Positions 26,155 through 33,823 of a DNA stretch of 64,000 nucleotides are shown here, one piece after another (the first letter of the stretch is position 1; the number at the start of each line of letters is the position of its first letter). The stretch comes from Phycisphaerae bacterium (GTDB lineage: Bacteria > Planctomycetota > Phycisphaerae > Sedimentisphaerales > UBA12454). The notes beneath the pieces are model-generated. The model made no database searches, was not told the origin of the DNA, and saw only the letters and a list, made by a program, of their open reading frames with translations. The stretch spans positions 33,427 through 97,426 of the forward strand of contig JAPLMW010000064.1 of assembly GCA_026386845.1 (NCBI GenBank), read 5' to 3'. A program made the position numbers and the translations under genes.

Positions 26155-28047
26155 TTAAATCTGATTTATATCTATTTTTCCCGCCGTTGCAAGTGCCATT
26201 TTCACATTCCCGAACGGCGCGCTTATCGCAAAACCGCCCACTAATCCGCTTATCTGCTCCATAAGCTCTCTTGCAATCTCGATTCCCGCCTTTTTGCTGT
26301 CCTTTGCGTCTTTCGTCTTGGCCATTCTGTCGAGAATTTTTTGCGGCACAACAACCCCCGGCACTTCATTCGCCATAAACTCTGCGTTTTTAAAACTCGT
26401 AAACGGCCAAATGCCCGCGATTACCGGAATTTTACAATTGCTTGTCTCATCGAGAAACTTTTTCAGGCTGTCAGCGTCGAACACCGGCTGCGTTATGGCA
26501 AATTCCGCCCCCGCTTCGACCTTCTTTTTATATCTTTCAATTTCTCTTTTCAAATCCGTCGCGACTGGATTTGCCCCGACTCCTACGGCAAGCGATGTCG
26601 CCGAAGAAAAACCGTTACCCGCTATATCAATTCCGCAGTTCAAATCGCTGACAACCTTCGTCAGTGCAATCGAATCAAGGTCGAATACCCCCGTTGCATC
26701 GGGATATTCGCCTAATTTCGGCGGGTCGCCCGTTATTACAAGAACATTTCTGAGACCAACCGTATGAATCCCAAGCAAATCCGACTGCATCGCTATTATA
26801 TTCCTGTCCCGACAGCAGAAATGCAGAATCGTCTCCATACCGCAGCTCTGCTCGATTTTTATCGCCGTTATCATTGCGCTCAGTCTCGAACTTGCCCGCG
26901 GCCCATCGGGTATATTCACCGCGTCAACGCCCGCTTTCTGACAGATGCGCACCCTTTCTAAAAGTTCAGTTACATCCGCCCCCCTCGGCGGCGAAATCTC
27001 TATCGTTATCACCTTCTGCCCCGTGGCGAGTTTTGCTCCGAGTTTCGATTTATCCTTTAGTCCCACACTGCATTTAGCGGCCGCCGTTCGCGGCGGCCTA
27101 ACCCCGCCACTTGTGGCGGGAGCTAAATGAAATTCGGTACGCCCCGCCGAAACTGCTTTTTCCAGCGGCCTGACCGCCTTTACAATCTGTCTTATATGCT
27201 CAGGCGTTGTCCCGCAGCAGCCGCCGATGATTTTCACGCCCTTCTCATAAAATCTCTTGGCGTATTCCGCCATATATTCAGGTGTGCACATATAAAGCGT
27301 TCTGCCTTCAACGCTCCTCGGCAGACCTGCGTTAGGCTGCAATGAAATCGGCTTTGTCGTCGCTTTTTTAATTACATCAAGGCTTTCCAGCATCGCCGCA
27401 GGCCCAAGCGAACAATTCAGACCCACAGCGGCAATATTCTCAATTTCCGAAATGCTTTTTATCGCCGTATCGAGCCTGTCACCGTATAAAGTCTCGTTAT
27501 ATTCATTTATCGCTAATTGCGCCACAATTGGAAGTTCGCAAACCTCGCTGCACGCTTTTATCGCCAAAAGCAATTCTTTTAAATTCCCGAAAGTTTCTAA
27601 AAGTATGAAATCTGCGCCCGCCTCTGCTAATATTTTTATCTGATTTGAAAATGTATTTATTATTTCTTTTTCGCTGATTCTGCTTCCTTGCGCGATATCG
27701 ACGCCTAATGGCCCGACCGCACCTGCGACAAGTGCTTTATCACCGGCACATTCTTTTGCTATTTTTACCGCAGCCGAATTTATTTGCGCAAGTTTTTCTG
27801 CCAGTCCGAACCTTGCGAGTTTGAATTCGTTAGCGCCAAAGGTGTTAGTTTCGATAAAATCTGCCCCTGCATTGATGTATTGCTGATGGATTTCTTTTAC
27901 GAGGGATGGGCTTGTCAGGTTAAGTTCATCGAAGCAGGTATTTACGAATACCCCTTTGGAGTAGAGCATCGTCCCCATCGCCCCATCGCCGATGACTACC
28001 CCCTTTGCCAAAATTTGCGTTAAATTTTTCTTTTCCATTTTTATCAA
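26155..28047 (-). CDS. bifunctional homocysteine S-methyltransferase / 5,10-methylenetetrahydrofolate reductase
   Basis: 630 aa. The N-terminal ~300 aa form an S-methyltransferase (Hcy-binding) domain ending in GGCCGTTPEHI. The C-terminal ~290 aa are MTHFR-like (ISPPRG..., VNIPDGPRA, LVITGDPP). The linker is encoded by REP copy C. Confidence 0.85.
   Translation of the reverse strand: MIKMEKKNLTQILAKGVVIGDGAMGTMLYSKGVFVNTCFDELNLTSPSLVKEIHQQYINAGADFIETNTFGANEFKLARFGLAEKLAQINSAAVKIAKECAGDKALVAGAVGPLGVDIAQGSRISEKEIINTFSNQIKILAEAGADFILLETFGNLKELLLAIKACSEVCELPIVAQLAINEYNETLYGDRLDTAIKSISEIENIAAVGLNCSLGPAAMLESLDVIKKATTKPISLQPNAGLPRSVEGRTLYMCTPEYMAEYAKRFYEKGVKIIGGCCGTTPEHIRQIVKAVRPLEKAVSAGRTEFHLAPATSGGVRPPRTAAAKCSVGLKDKSKLGAKLATGQKVITIEISPPRGADVTELLERVRICQKAGVDAVNIPDGPRASSRLSAMITAIKIEQSCGMETILHFCCRDRNIIAMQSDLLGIHTVGLRNVLVITGDPPKLGEYPDATGVFDLDSIALTKVVSDLNCGIDIAGNGFSSATSLAVGVGANPVATDLKREIERYKKKVEAGAEFAITQPVFDADSLKKFLDETSNCKIPVIAGIWPFTSFKNAEFMANEVPGVVVPQKILDRMAKTKDAKDSKKAGIEIARELMEQISGLVGGFAISAPFGNVKMALATAGKIDINQI
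27073..27127 (+). repeat. composite REP element, copy C, in-frame inside a CDS
   Basis: TTTAGC-GGCCGCC-GTTCGC-GGCGGCC-TAA-CCCCGCC-ACTTGT-GGCGGG-A-GCTAAA. On the minus strand it is translated as LAPATSGGVRPPRTAAAK, between the two enzyme domains. Confidence 0.85.
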
Positions 28048-28058
28048 CCACCAATAAT

Positions 28059-28115
28059 GTCATTGCGAGGTCGCAACCGAAGCAATCTGTCATTCCCGCG
28101 AAAGCGGGAATCCAG
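28059..28115 (+). repeat. dispersed palindromic repeat pair (the type that yields IPAFAGMT / SLRGRNRSNL pseudo-ORFs)
   Basis: ATTGC...GCAAT and TCCCGC-GAAA-GCGGGA hairpins. It explains ORFs 27926-28150 and 28057-28269. Confidence 0.7.
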
Positions 28116-28224
28116 AATTTTATCTGTTCCGGAAAAACTCCACAACTCAAAACTAAGAACTAAAAACTCAAAACTTATTATATTCTCCCCCCATCTTTTT
28201 GCGAGTGTTTTGTTCTACTGCTTC

Positions 28225-28461
28225 TTATTTTTTATTATTAATATTCTCTTGTTTATCTTCCTTATTTGATTTTCGAGCATCCCATATTTTCCCCGCCGCA
28301 ACAACGAGAACAAACACCCCAAAAAATATAATATACAGAAGAGCCTCTTCTTCCAAAGGAATAGAATGAATACGCATAATCACAAAACAAACAATGAAAA
28401 ATATCACCGATACAATTATTAATGCTTTAAATTGATTAGTAGTCATATTATTTGTCGCCAA
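28225..28461 (-). CDS. small two-TM membrane protein
   Basis: 78 aa with two hydrophobic helices and a K/E-rich tail. Its start overlaps the stop of the upstream 571-aa gene by 14 nt, which suggests translational coupling. Confidence 0.55.
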   Translation of the reverse strand: MATNNMTTNQFKALIIVSVIFFIVCFVIMRIHSIPLEEEALLYIIFFGVFVLVVAAGKIWDARKSNKEDKQENINNKK

Positions 28462-30163
28462 TGATTATATTTTTCTGAAACCGTTTGGCACTTGCGAACT
28501 CAAATCTCGTTTCCGCTTCAACGACAACTTTGTCTTTATTGATATTTATTGTAATTTCTCTTTCCGCTTCTCGCCAGTGGATAATATTTGCCAGCGTAAT
28601 CGCCTTTTCAATCCCATCGCCGGTTTTGTAATTTGCAACCTCATCGGGCTGCGCCAACCTCTGATTATCATAAATCGACTCATTCGGCATACCTTGGAGC
28701 CACTGATAACTCTGCTCAATACTCTTTTCTTTTACCATCTCAATTGAAACCGGGCTTCTTTCAATCGCCGATTTTATAAACGGCCTCCAGTCGCAGCTTG
28801 CCATATCGCGATAAGCGTAAAACGCCAAATCTGCGATAGTATTTGTCTTTCGCAAATTCGACAGATAACCAATTATTTCCTCTCTGGACATTTCCGTTGA
28901 TATTTTTATCGGCTCGCTCGGTTTATAATTTTTCTCTCCCGCAGGGAGCTTGGGCTCAATATGCAGAAAATCATAAAGCTCAGCCATAAGTTTTTCAGGA
29001 TGTGGTACATAATCCGCAAAAAGCCCCGCCATCTCTTTTCTGCCCTGCTCGGTCCTGATATCCGGCCTTTTTTTCTTCATAAATTCCGCGAATTGTTCGC
29101 ACTGAATTCGATTCGCAAAAGGCTCACCCGAAAACTCGCCGTCGAAAACCTCATCGAGCATTTGTTTATGCGAACAATCGGCAACTCGCAGCGGGCTTAG
29201 ATGTTCGTAGTTAAAAAGGTCTTCTGCCTTAACGAACTGCGGATTGCCCCGGCAGTCCCTGCAGAACTGAAAATATTTTTGATAATCCGGATTTGCCCGC
29301 AGGAAATTTACCATTGTTGCCGTTGACAATTCCGCCTGCAGAAAGCCTTTAAGTTTCCCGCAAAAATCGTTATATATATTTTTGTCTATTGCAGCGTCTT
29401 TATAAAGGCAGTGGACTAGTCCGCTCGTGTGAGCGACGATGGTTATTTGTTCATTTCGCAGGGCCCTTTGGGCTTTGTTGGACAGTTCCGTTCCGTTGAA
29501 CCACATCGTTTTGGTAACTAATCTTCTGTTATTGGTAATAACTCCGTCGTTTATATCTATAAAGTTTTGCGAGTGCAGCGGCGTTAAAACCATATAGATA
29601 TCTTCAAGTGGTATTCCGCATACGATAAATGCCGCCGCCGCATATAGGGTTGAAAGGGAAACGCACTCCCCCGCTCCTGTTTTATAGCCTTCTTTTAGGC
29701 GGAAGGCGTTCATAGCTTCTGCAGTTTCTGTTTTCCAGTATGGTATAATATCGCCGTTGTATTTATCCAGGCCGAAATGTTTCCTGATATCGACATCATA
29801 GTAATATGTATCGCCTTCGTATCCGAACAGTGCGTTGCTTTTGGAGATTTCCCCTGCCGGCAGGTATTTCTCGAATCTTTTGATTTCGGCGTTCTTATTG
29901 GTCAGTCCCCAGGTTTGCAGGTCTAAGTTGAACTCGAACTGGTCCATAATGAATTGGCGTAGTCGCATCAGTTTTTTATAGGGGTCTTTTCCGTCTAATT
30001 TCTTGAAGCAGTCTTCCTGCCGCCACGACCACACGATTGGGCTCATTATATTTGCCAAAAGAAGTGAATACATCAGCTCTGGAAATACAAATATTTCCAT
30101 ATCGGAAAGCGTAAACGCCGATGAGTATTTTTCCAGGTCTATATCGCCCATCTTTATCTCCAT
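28448..30163 (-). CDS. hypothetical 571-aa protein with possible transglutaminase-like Cys-His-Asp core
   Basis: GAGECVSLSTLYAAAAFIVCGIPLEDIYMVLTPLHSQNFIDIND has the spacing of a transglutaminase-like C...H...D core. This is tentative. The second ATG (30151) has a better SD (GGAG, 6-nt spacer). Confidence 0.55.
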   Translation of the reverse strand: MEIKMGDIDLEKYSSAFTLSDMEIFVFPELMYSLLLANIMSPIVWSWRQEDCFKKLDGKDPYKKLMRLRQFIMDQFEFNLDLQTWGLTNKNAEIKRFEKYLPAGEISKSNALFGYEGDTYYYDVDIRKHFGLDKYNGDIIPYWKTETAEAMNAFRLKEGYKTGAGECVSLSTLYAAAAFIVCGIPLEDIYMVLTPLHSQNFIDINDGVITNNRRLVTKTMWFNGTELSNKAQRALRNEQITIVAHTSGLVHCLYKDAAIDKNIYNDFCGKLKGFLQAELSTATMVNFLRANPDYQKYFQFCRDCRGNPQFVKAEDLFNYEHLSPLRVADCSHKQMLDEVFDGEFSGEPFANRIQCEQFAEFMKKKRPDIRTEQGRKEMAGLFADYVPHPEKLMAELYDFLHIEPKLPAGEKNYKPSEPIKISTEMSREEIIGYLSNLRKTNTIADLAFYAYRDMASCDWRPFIKSAIERSPVSIEMVKEKSIEQSYQWLQGMPNESIYDNQRLAQPDEVANYKTGDGIEKAITLANIIHWREAEREITININKDKVVVEAETRFEFASAKRFQKNIIIGDK

Positions 30164-30176
30164 ATAAGATGGAGCA

Positions 30177-30204
30177 ATTTTAGACTATCTCATTCAAATT
30201 TCAA
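30177..30204 (-). promoter_or_regulatory. sigma70-like promoter for the 571-aa gene
   Basis: On the minus strand: TTGAAA (30199-30204), a 16-nt spacer, then TAAAAT (30177-30182). Confidence 0.3.
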
Positions 30205-30302
30205 TTGTTTTAATGATAGTTTCAGAAATGTCCCTTGGACCCAATGATCGTTTTAGAAATAAACCTTAGCCCTTAAGATTTACACTATGTTTTGAACTGC
30301 GC

Positions 30303-30351
30303 AAAAAATTGGCCCCGACCTAAGACCGAACAGTGATCTTTGGCCGGGGCC
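30303..30351 (-). terminator. terminator-like hairpin with U-tract (minus strand) at the end of the tandem structured array
   Basis: GGCCCCGGCC...GGTCGGGGCC stem (one mismatch, ~20-nt loop) followed on the minus strand by AATTTTTTG. Confidence 0.4.
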
Positions 30352-30835
30352 TACATTGGGTGATGCTTCACGCATTAGTAAGCCAACTAAAACATGGTCT
30401 TAAAACCATGGTTTTCCTCAAAGGGTTGTAGCCGAAGTTTCACTGTCAGTCCACAACCCTAATCTCATGGGAGATACAGAAGATGAATTATTTTATTTTC
30501 TTCACGGCTAAGCCGTGCTTGAATTCGAGAGGGTTATAACCTTTTATCACTGTTCAGTCATAACCCTAACTCGTGGGAGGAGGAGAAAACTCTTTATGAG
30601 CTTATATAATTATCACGGTCCCAGCACCGTGCTTGCTCTCGAGCGGGCTGTAACCGACGTTTTCACTGTCCGATCACAAGCCCGACTCATTTGGGAGGAG
30701 GAGAAAACTTCCTGAGCCCTATATTATCACGGTCCAAGCCGTGCTTGCTCTTGAGCGGGCTGCAATCATTTATCACTGTCCGATCACAACCCACTTTGGA
30801 GGAGGAGAAGAAGTTATTGTTTCTTTTCTCGCCTC
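30305..30835 (-). ncRNA. candidate multi-module structured RNA (strand tentative)
   Basis: Compensatory changes occur in hairpin B between units. Two C-A mismatches on the plus strand become G-U pairs on the minus strand in unit 3. The U-tract terminator is on the minus strand only. Unit reading frames are not conserved, which argues against coding. Confidence 0.4.
30393..30813. repeat. four tandem ~110-114-bp structured units
   Basis: Units start at 30393, 30503, 30614 and 30728. Each has hairpin A (CACGG-loop-CCGTG), hairpin B (GGGTTAT/ATAACCC and variants) with the conserved loop TCACTGT, and then GGGAGGAGGAGAAAAC. Confidence 0.85.
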
Positions 30836-31199
30836 CCTCCCTAACCTCACAAATAATCCGCTTGAACATCCTGTCGGTAACATCACTACTCAATACCGCT
30901 GATGCTCCAATGCTCCGAGCCGCTACTTCCTGCTCTACATCACCCGAATCCACTATGGCAATAACCGGTATATAAGGTCTTGCCAACCGCAGATTCCGCA
31001 GGAATCGGCCATCCGGGGCATCCGGAAGGTTCCATTTACTGATGACACTGTCCACATTTTCATTTTTCAAAGAACGGCCGGCTTCGAAGCCGGTTTGTAT
31101 AACACAGACTCGAATGGGCAACGCCTTTAAGGCATTGCTTCTACCTCCGAGTCCCACTACCAAAATATTTGCTTTTACAAGGACGAGCATTCTATGCAC
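30687..31199 (-). CDS. single-domain degenerate (pseudo-)receiver protein
   Basis: It has a CheY-like fold pattern (NILVVG...DSVISKWNLPD...PVIAIVDSG...GASAVLSSD). The acidic pair, the phospho-acceptor Asp (K here), and the T and K positions are all replaced. The last ~45 codons run through the tandem repeat array, so the real stop may be artefactual. Confidence 0.55.
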   Translation of the reverse strand: MHRMLVLVKANILVVGLGGRSNALKALPIRVCVIQTGFEAGRSLKNENVDSVISKWNLPDAPDGRFLRNLRLARPYIPVIAIVDSGDVEQEVAARSIGASAVLSSDVTDRMFKRIICEVREGGEKRNNNFFSSSKVGCDRTVINDCSPLKSKHGLDRDNIGLRKFSPPPK

Positions 31200-31656
31200 C
31201 TAAACTGCCAAGAAGACATCTATCTTCTCGTCCTCGCTGTCCGCTACATTGCGGCAGCGATATATATAATTGCAACCTGTGTGCCAAGAGGGATTTTAAA
31301 AAGATAATTTTTTAAGTGGTTTAATGACAAGGGGTTAGGAAAGTGAAAAAATTATGTGTGCCGAAACAAAAAATTCCGCAGCCGACCATAATGGCCGGTG
31401 AAAAAATAATTTTTTTCGCGCAGAGTCTTTTACAAAAAACAATTAAAACAAAGCGACCATTTTGGTAAGCAGCGTCCAAAATGGACGGGCCCCCCTTATG
31501 TCCCTAAGGGATAAAAATTAAAGGGCTAAATAAAATATGAATAATTTTTAAATACATTTTTATTTTGGTGCGGGGTTGACAAAGAGATAAGTTTGGCAGA
31601 AAATAAAATGGCTAACCAATAAAATAATTTAAAAAGGATTAAGCCGGGAGAAATAT

Positions 31657-32202
31657 ATGAATTTTCTGGATTTGGCAAATAAAAGATACAGCGTCAGAAA
31701 TTATAAAAATACTCCTGTTCCGCAGGAAAAGATTAATCGATGTATCGAAGGGGCCAGATTGGCGCCCTCGGCTTGTAATTCACAGCCCTGGAAATTTCTT
31801 GTCGTGGATGACCCTCGAATTAAAGCAGATGCCGCCAAGGCCGCCTTTGAAGGTATATTGAACTTTAATTATTTTGCCTTAAAAGCGCCTGTTCTGATAT
31901 TAGTGGTTTCCGAAAGGCAGAAGATGTTTGCTAAATTCGGGGGCATAGTCAAAGGAAAGAACTTCAGTCTTATGGATATAGGCATTGCAGCAGAGCATTT
32001 CTGCCTTGGGGCCGCTGAGGAAGGCTTGGGAACCTGCATACTCGGATGGTTCAATGAGAAGAAAGTGAAGAAAATACTTTCAATTCCAAAGCTTAAAAGG
32101 GTGGAGCTTATAATTTCTCTTGGGTTTTCTGCTGATGAAGAAATCCCGCATAAACATAGAAAAAGTATAGATGAAATATTAAGCTACAATAAATACAACT
32201 GA
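31657..32202 (+). CDS. nitroreductase family protein
   Basis: 181 aa. RYSVRNYKNTPVPQEKI...ARLAPSACNSQPWKFLVV is the nitroreductase signature. Confidence 0.85.
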   Translation: MNFLDLANKRYSVRNYKNTPVPQEKINRCIEGARLAPSACNSQPWKFLVVDDPRIKADAAKAAFEGILNFNYFALKAPVLILVVSERQKMFAKFGGIVKGKNFSLMDIGIAAEHFCLGAAEEGLGTCILGWFNEKKVKKILSIPKLKRVELIISLGFSADEEIPHKHRKSIDEILSYNKYN

Positions 32203-32285
32203 AACGAACCCCGCACCTATTCATTTTATCACAGCAATATAGGAATGATTGAATATCAAATAGGTGCGGTGCTAACCAAAATTTT

Positions 32286-32636
32286 TTATGCCCTGTCCTG
32301 CTCGCCTTTTGCAAGTTCATAGAGGCCGTGGCCGCTGTCGCGGAGCTTGCCCTGCTTACATAACTCCACCCAAACCTCGGGCGGAAACTGATTAGGCGGC
32401 CTTATCGCAAAAATGCCCGTATGGCCCGCAGAAAAGACGCCTTTGCCAAGGCGCGAATCGTCATCCAGAGCAGTGAGTTTAAGACGTTTTTTGAACGCCT
32501 TTAGCGCACTTTTGAGAGTCTCCGGCGTTATGCCGCTGGCTGCTTGCCCTGAGCTTGCCGAAGGGTCCTGCCCTGAACCTGCCTGTGGTGAGCTTGTCGA
32601 ACCAGCCGAAGGGGCTTGTCCTTCTTGTTCTGTCAT
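32286..32636 (-). CDS. hypothetical protein; N-terminal low-complexity segment encoded by dispersed repeats
   Basis: 116 aa. Residues 5-33 (GQAPSAGSTSSPQAGSGQDPSASSGQAAS) derive from the repeat copies at 32546-32612. Confidence 0.45.
   Translation of the reverse strand: MTEQEGQAPSAGSTSSPQAGSGQDPSASSGQAASGITPETLKSALKAFKKRLKLTALDDDSRLGKGVFSAGHTGIFAIRPPNQFPPEVWVELCKQGKLRDSGHGLYELAKGEQDRA
32546..32612 (+). repeat. two adjacent dispersed CCTGAGC..CCGAAGGG family repeats inside a CDS
   Basis: CCCTGAGCTTGCCGAAGGG and GGTGAGCTTGTCGAACCAGCCGAAGGGG. Confidence 0.65.
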
Positions 32637-32778
32637 ATTATCTGCCTCCGCATTTTTGCCTGTTATTTTCTAAACTATAGCCGACTATACAGCTATTTTC
32701 GCCTCAAACCTTTCAATAATCAATGAAAATGGCCGTCGCCGGATGTTTTAAGAGGCAATCCCTTAAAAAAGAGATTGT

Positions 32779-32806
32779 TTGACAAAGCCCAATAATTTGG
32801 TATAAG
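32779..32806 (+). promoter_or_regulatory. sigma70-like promoter
   Basis: TTGACA (32779-32784), a 16-nt spacer, then TATAAG (32801-32806). Confidence 0.4.
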
Positions 32807-32839
32807 TAATGTAATACAGAAGATTAGAAAATCTTTAAG

Positions 32840-32877
32840 GCCGCAGAGAAAGACAACTAACCTTTGCGGCTTTTTTG
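32840..32877 (+). terminator. intrinsic terminator/attenuator in leader of small Zn-ribbon ORF
   Basis: A 9-bp stem (GCCGCAGAG/CTTTGCGGC with one G-U), a 13-nt loop, then T6. It ends 28 nt before the ATG at 32905. Confidence 0.5.
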
Positions 32878-32904
32878 TTTGGTAATTTACCTATAGGAGT
32901 AACG

Positions 32905-33066
32905 ATGGGAAAAACGCTGAAAACTTCGGCTGATAACAGGAAATGTATGTTTCCGAACTGCACACATACCTTGAGTATCTATAACCACGAGGCTTACTGT
33001 CATGTGCATCTGGATAAGATGCCTCAGGATAAAAAACATAAGGTTTTAGCTCTTCCTGTTGCATAA
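32905..33066 (+). CDS. small Cys/His-rich (zinc-ribbon-like) protein
   Basis: 53 aa starting at MGKTLK, with AGGAG 5 nt upstream. CMFPNC...YCHVH is a putative metal-binding pattern. Confidence 0.45.
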   Translation: MGKTLKTSADNRKCMFPNCTHTLSIYNHEAYCHVHLDKMPQDKKHKVLALPVA

Positions 33067-33157
33067 ACCGATACTATGCAGAGCGTCATTTATTCAGTTA
33101 AGGAATTTTTTGTCAAAAAACAGCGAAGCGGAGAAAACGGATAAATTTTTTAAAACG

Positions 33158-33204
33158 CCCCTTCGACTCCTTCGATTCAACTCAGGACAGGTCACTCAGG
33201 GTAA
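33158..33204 (-). repeat. dispersed CCTGAG...TCGAAGG family repeat (inverted orientation)
   Basis: The plus strand reads CCCTTCGACTCCTTCGATTCAACTCAGGACAGGTCACTCAGGGTAAC. Confidence 0.65.
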
Positions 33205-33212
33205 CAATCCTG

Positions 33213-33719
33213 CTAAAGATTAGCAAAATTGTCATCTTTTTCGATAACCTTTTGTCGCTGGGATTTTCTGAAATCTGCGAGCCTGGCGGCGAGCTTTTCA
33301 TCGCCGAGTGCGAGAATCTGAACTGCGAAAATTGCGGCATTGATCGCCCCTGCTTTTCCTATTGCCATAGAGGCAACCGGTATGCCGGGCGGCATCTGAA
33401 CGGTGCTTAAGAGCGCATCAATTCCCGCAGGCGACTGGTCGGCGGCAAGCGGAACGCCGATAATCGGCAGAGTTGTCCTGGCGGCAATGGCGCCGGCCAG
33501 ATGAGCGGCCATACCGGCGGCGGCGATTATGACCTTAATGCCGTTTTTGGCAGCTGCCTGGGCAAATTCATCGGCGATATCCGGCGTGCGATGAGCTGAA
33601 ATGATGCGAACAACCGGCTCAATGCCGAATTCCTTAAGTTTATCAATACAAGCCTTCATTACAGGCATATCGCTGTCTGAACCCATTACAACCGCTACGG
33701 TTTTGTCAATTTGAGCCAT
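33213..33719 (-). CDS. purE: N5-carboxyaminoimidazole ribonucleotide mutase
   Basis: 168 aa. VAVVMGSDSDMPVM, and AHRTP...AAGMAAHLAG. Confidence 0.92.
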   Translation of the reverse strand: MAQIDKTVAVVMGSDSDMPVMKACIDKLKEFGIEPVVRIISAHRTPDIADEFAQAAAKNGIKVIIAAAGMAAHLAGAIAARTTLPIIGVPLAADQSPAGIDALLSTVQMPPGIPVASMAIGKAGAINAAIFAVQILALGDEKLAARLADFRKSQRQKVIEKDDNFANL

Positions 33720-33823
33720 TGTATTTCCTGAAATTAAGGTTAAAATTGTTCAGATAATATAATATACTCAAACCTGAAACTTTGCAAGCCCGCCGTAGGC
33801 GGACAGGTAAGGAGATGATTATT

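Noticed and set aside
27926-28269. ORFs 27926-28150 (-) and 28057-28269 (+)
   Set aside because: Their translations (WIPAFAGMT..., SLRGRNRSNLSFPRKRESR...) are the well-known pseudo-peptides produced by a dispersed palindromic repeat. There is no RBS or coding signal.
30515-30715. 66-aa plus-strand ORF, and an internal 39-aa ORF with a perfect SD (GGAGGAGGAG, 10 nt, ATG), inside the tandem array
   Set aside because: Successive repeat units are read in different frames (RRR vs EEE for the same GGAGGAGGAG), so the conservation is at the nucleotide or structure level, not the protein level.
30393-30813. Possible CRISPR array, because of regularly spaced repeated hairpins
   Set aside because: The whole ~110-nt unit is repeated, with divergence throughout and with compensatory stem changes. 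There are no short identical repeats separated by unique spacers, and no cas genes are nearby.
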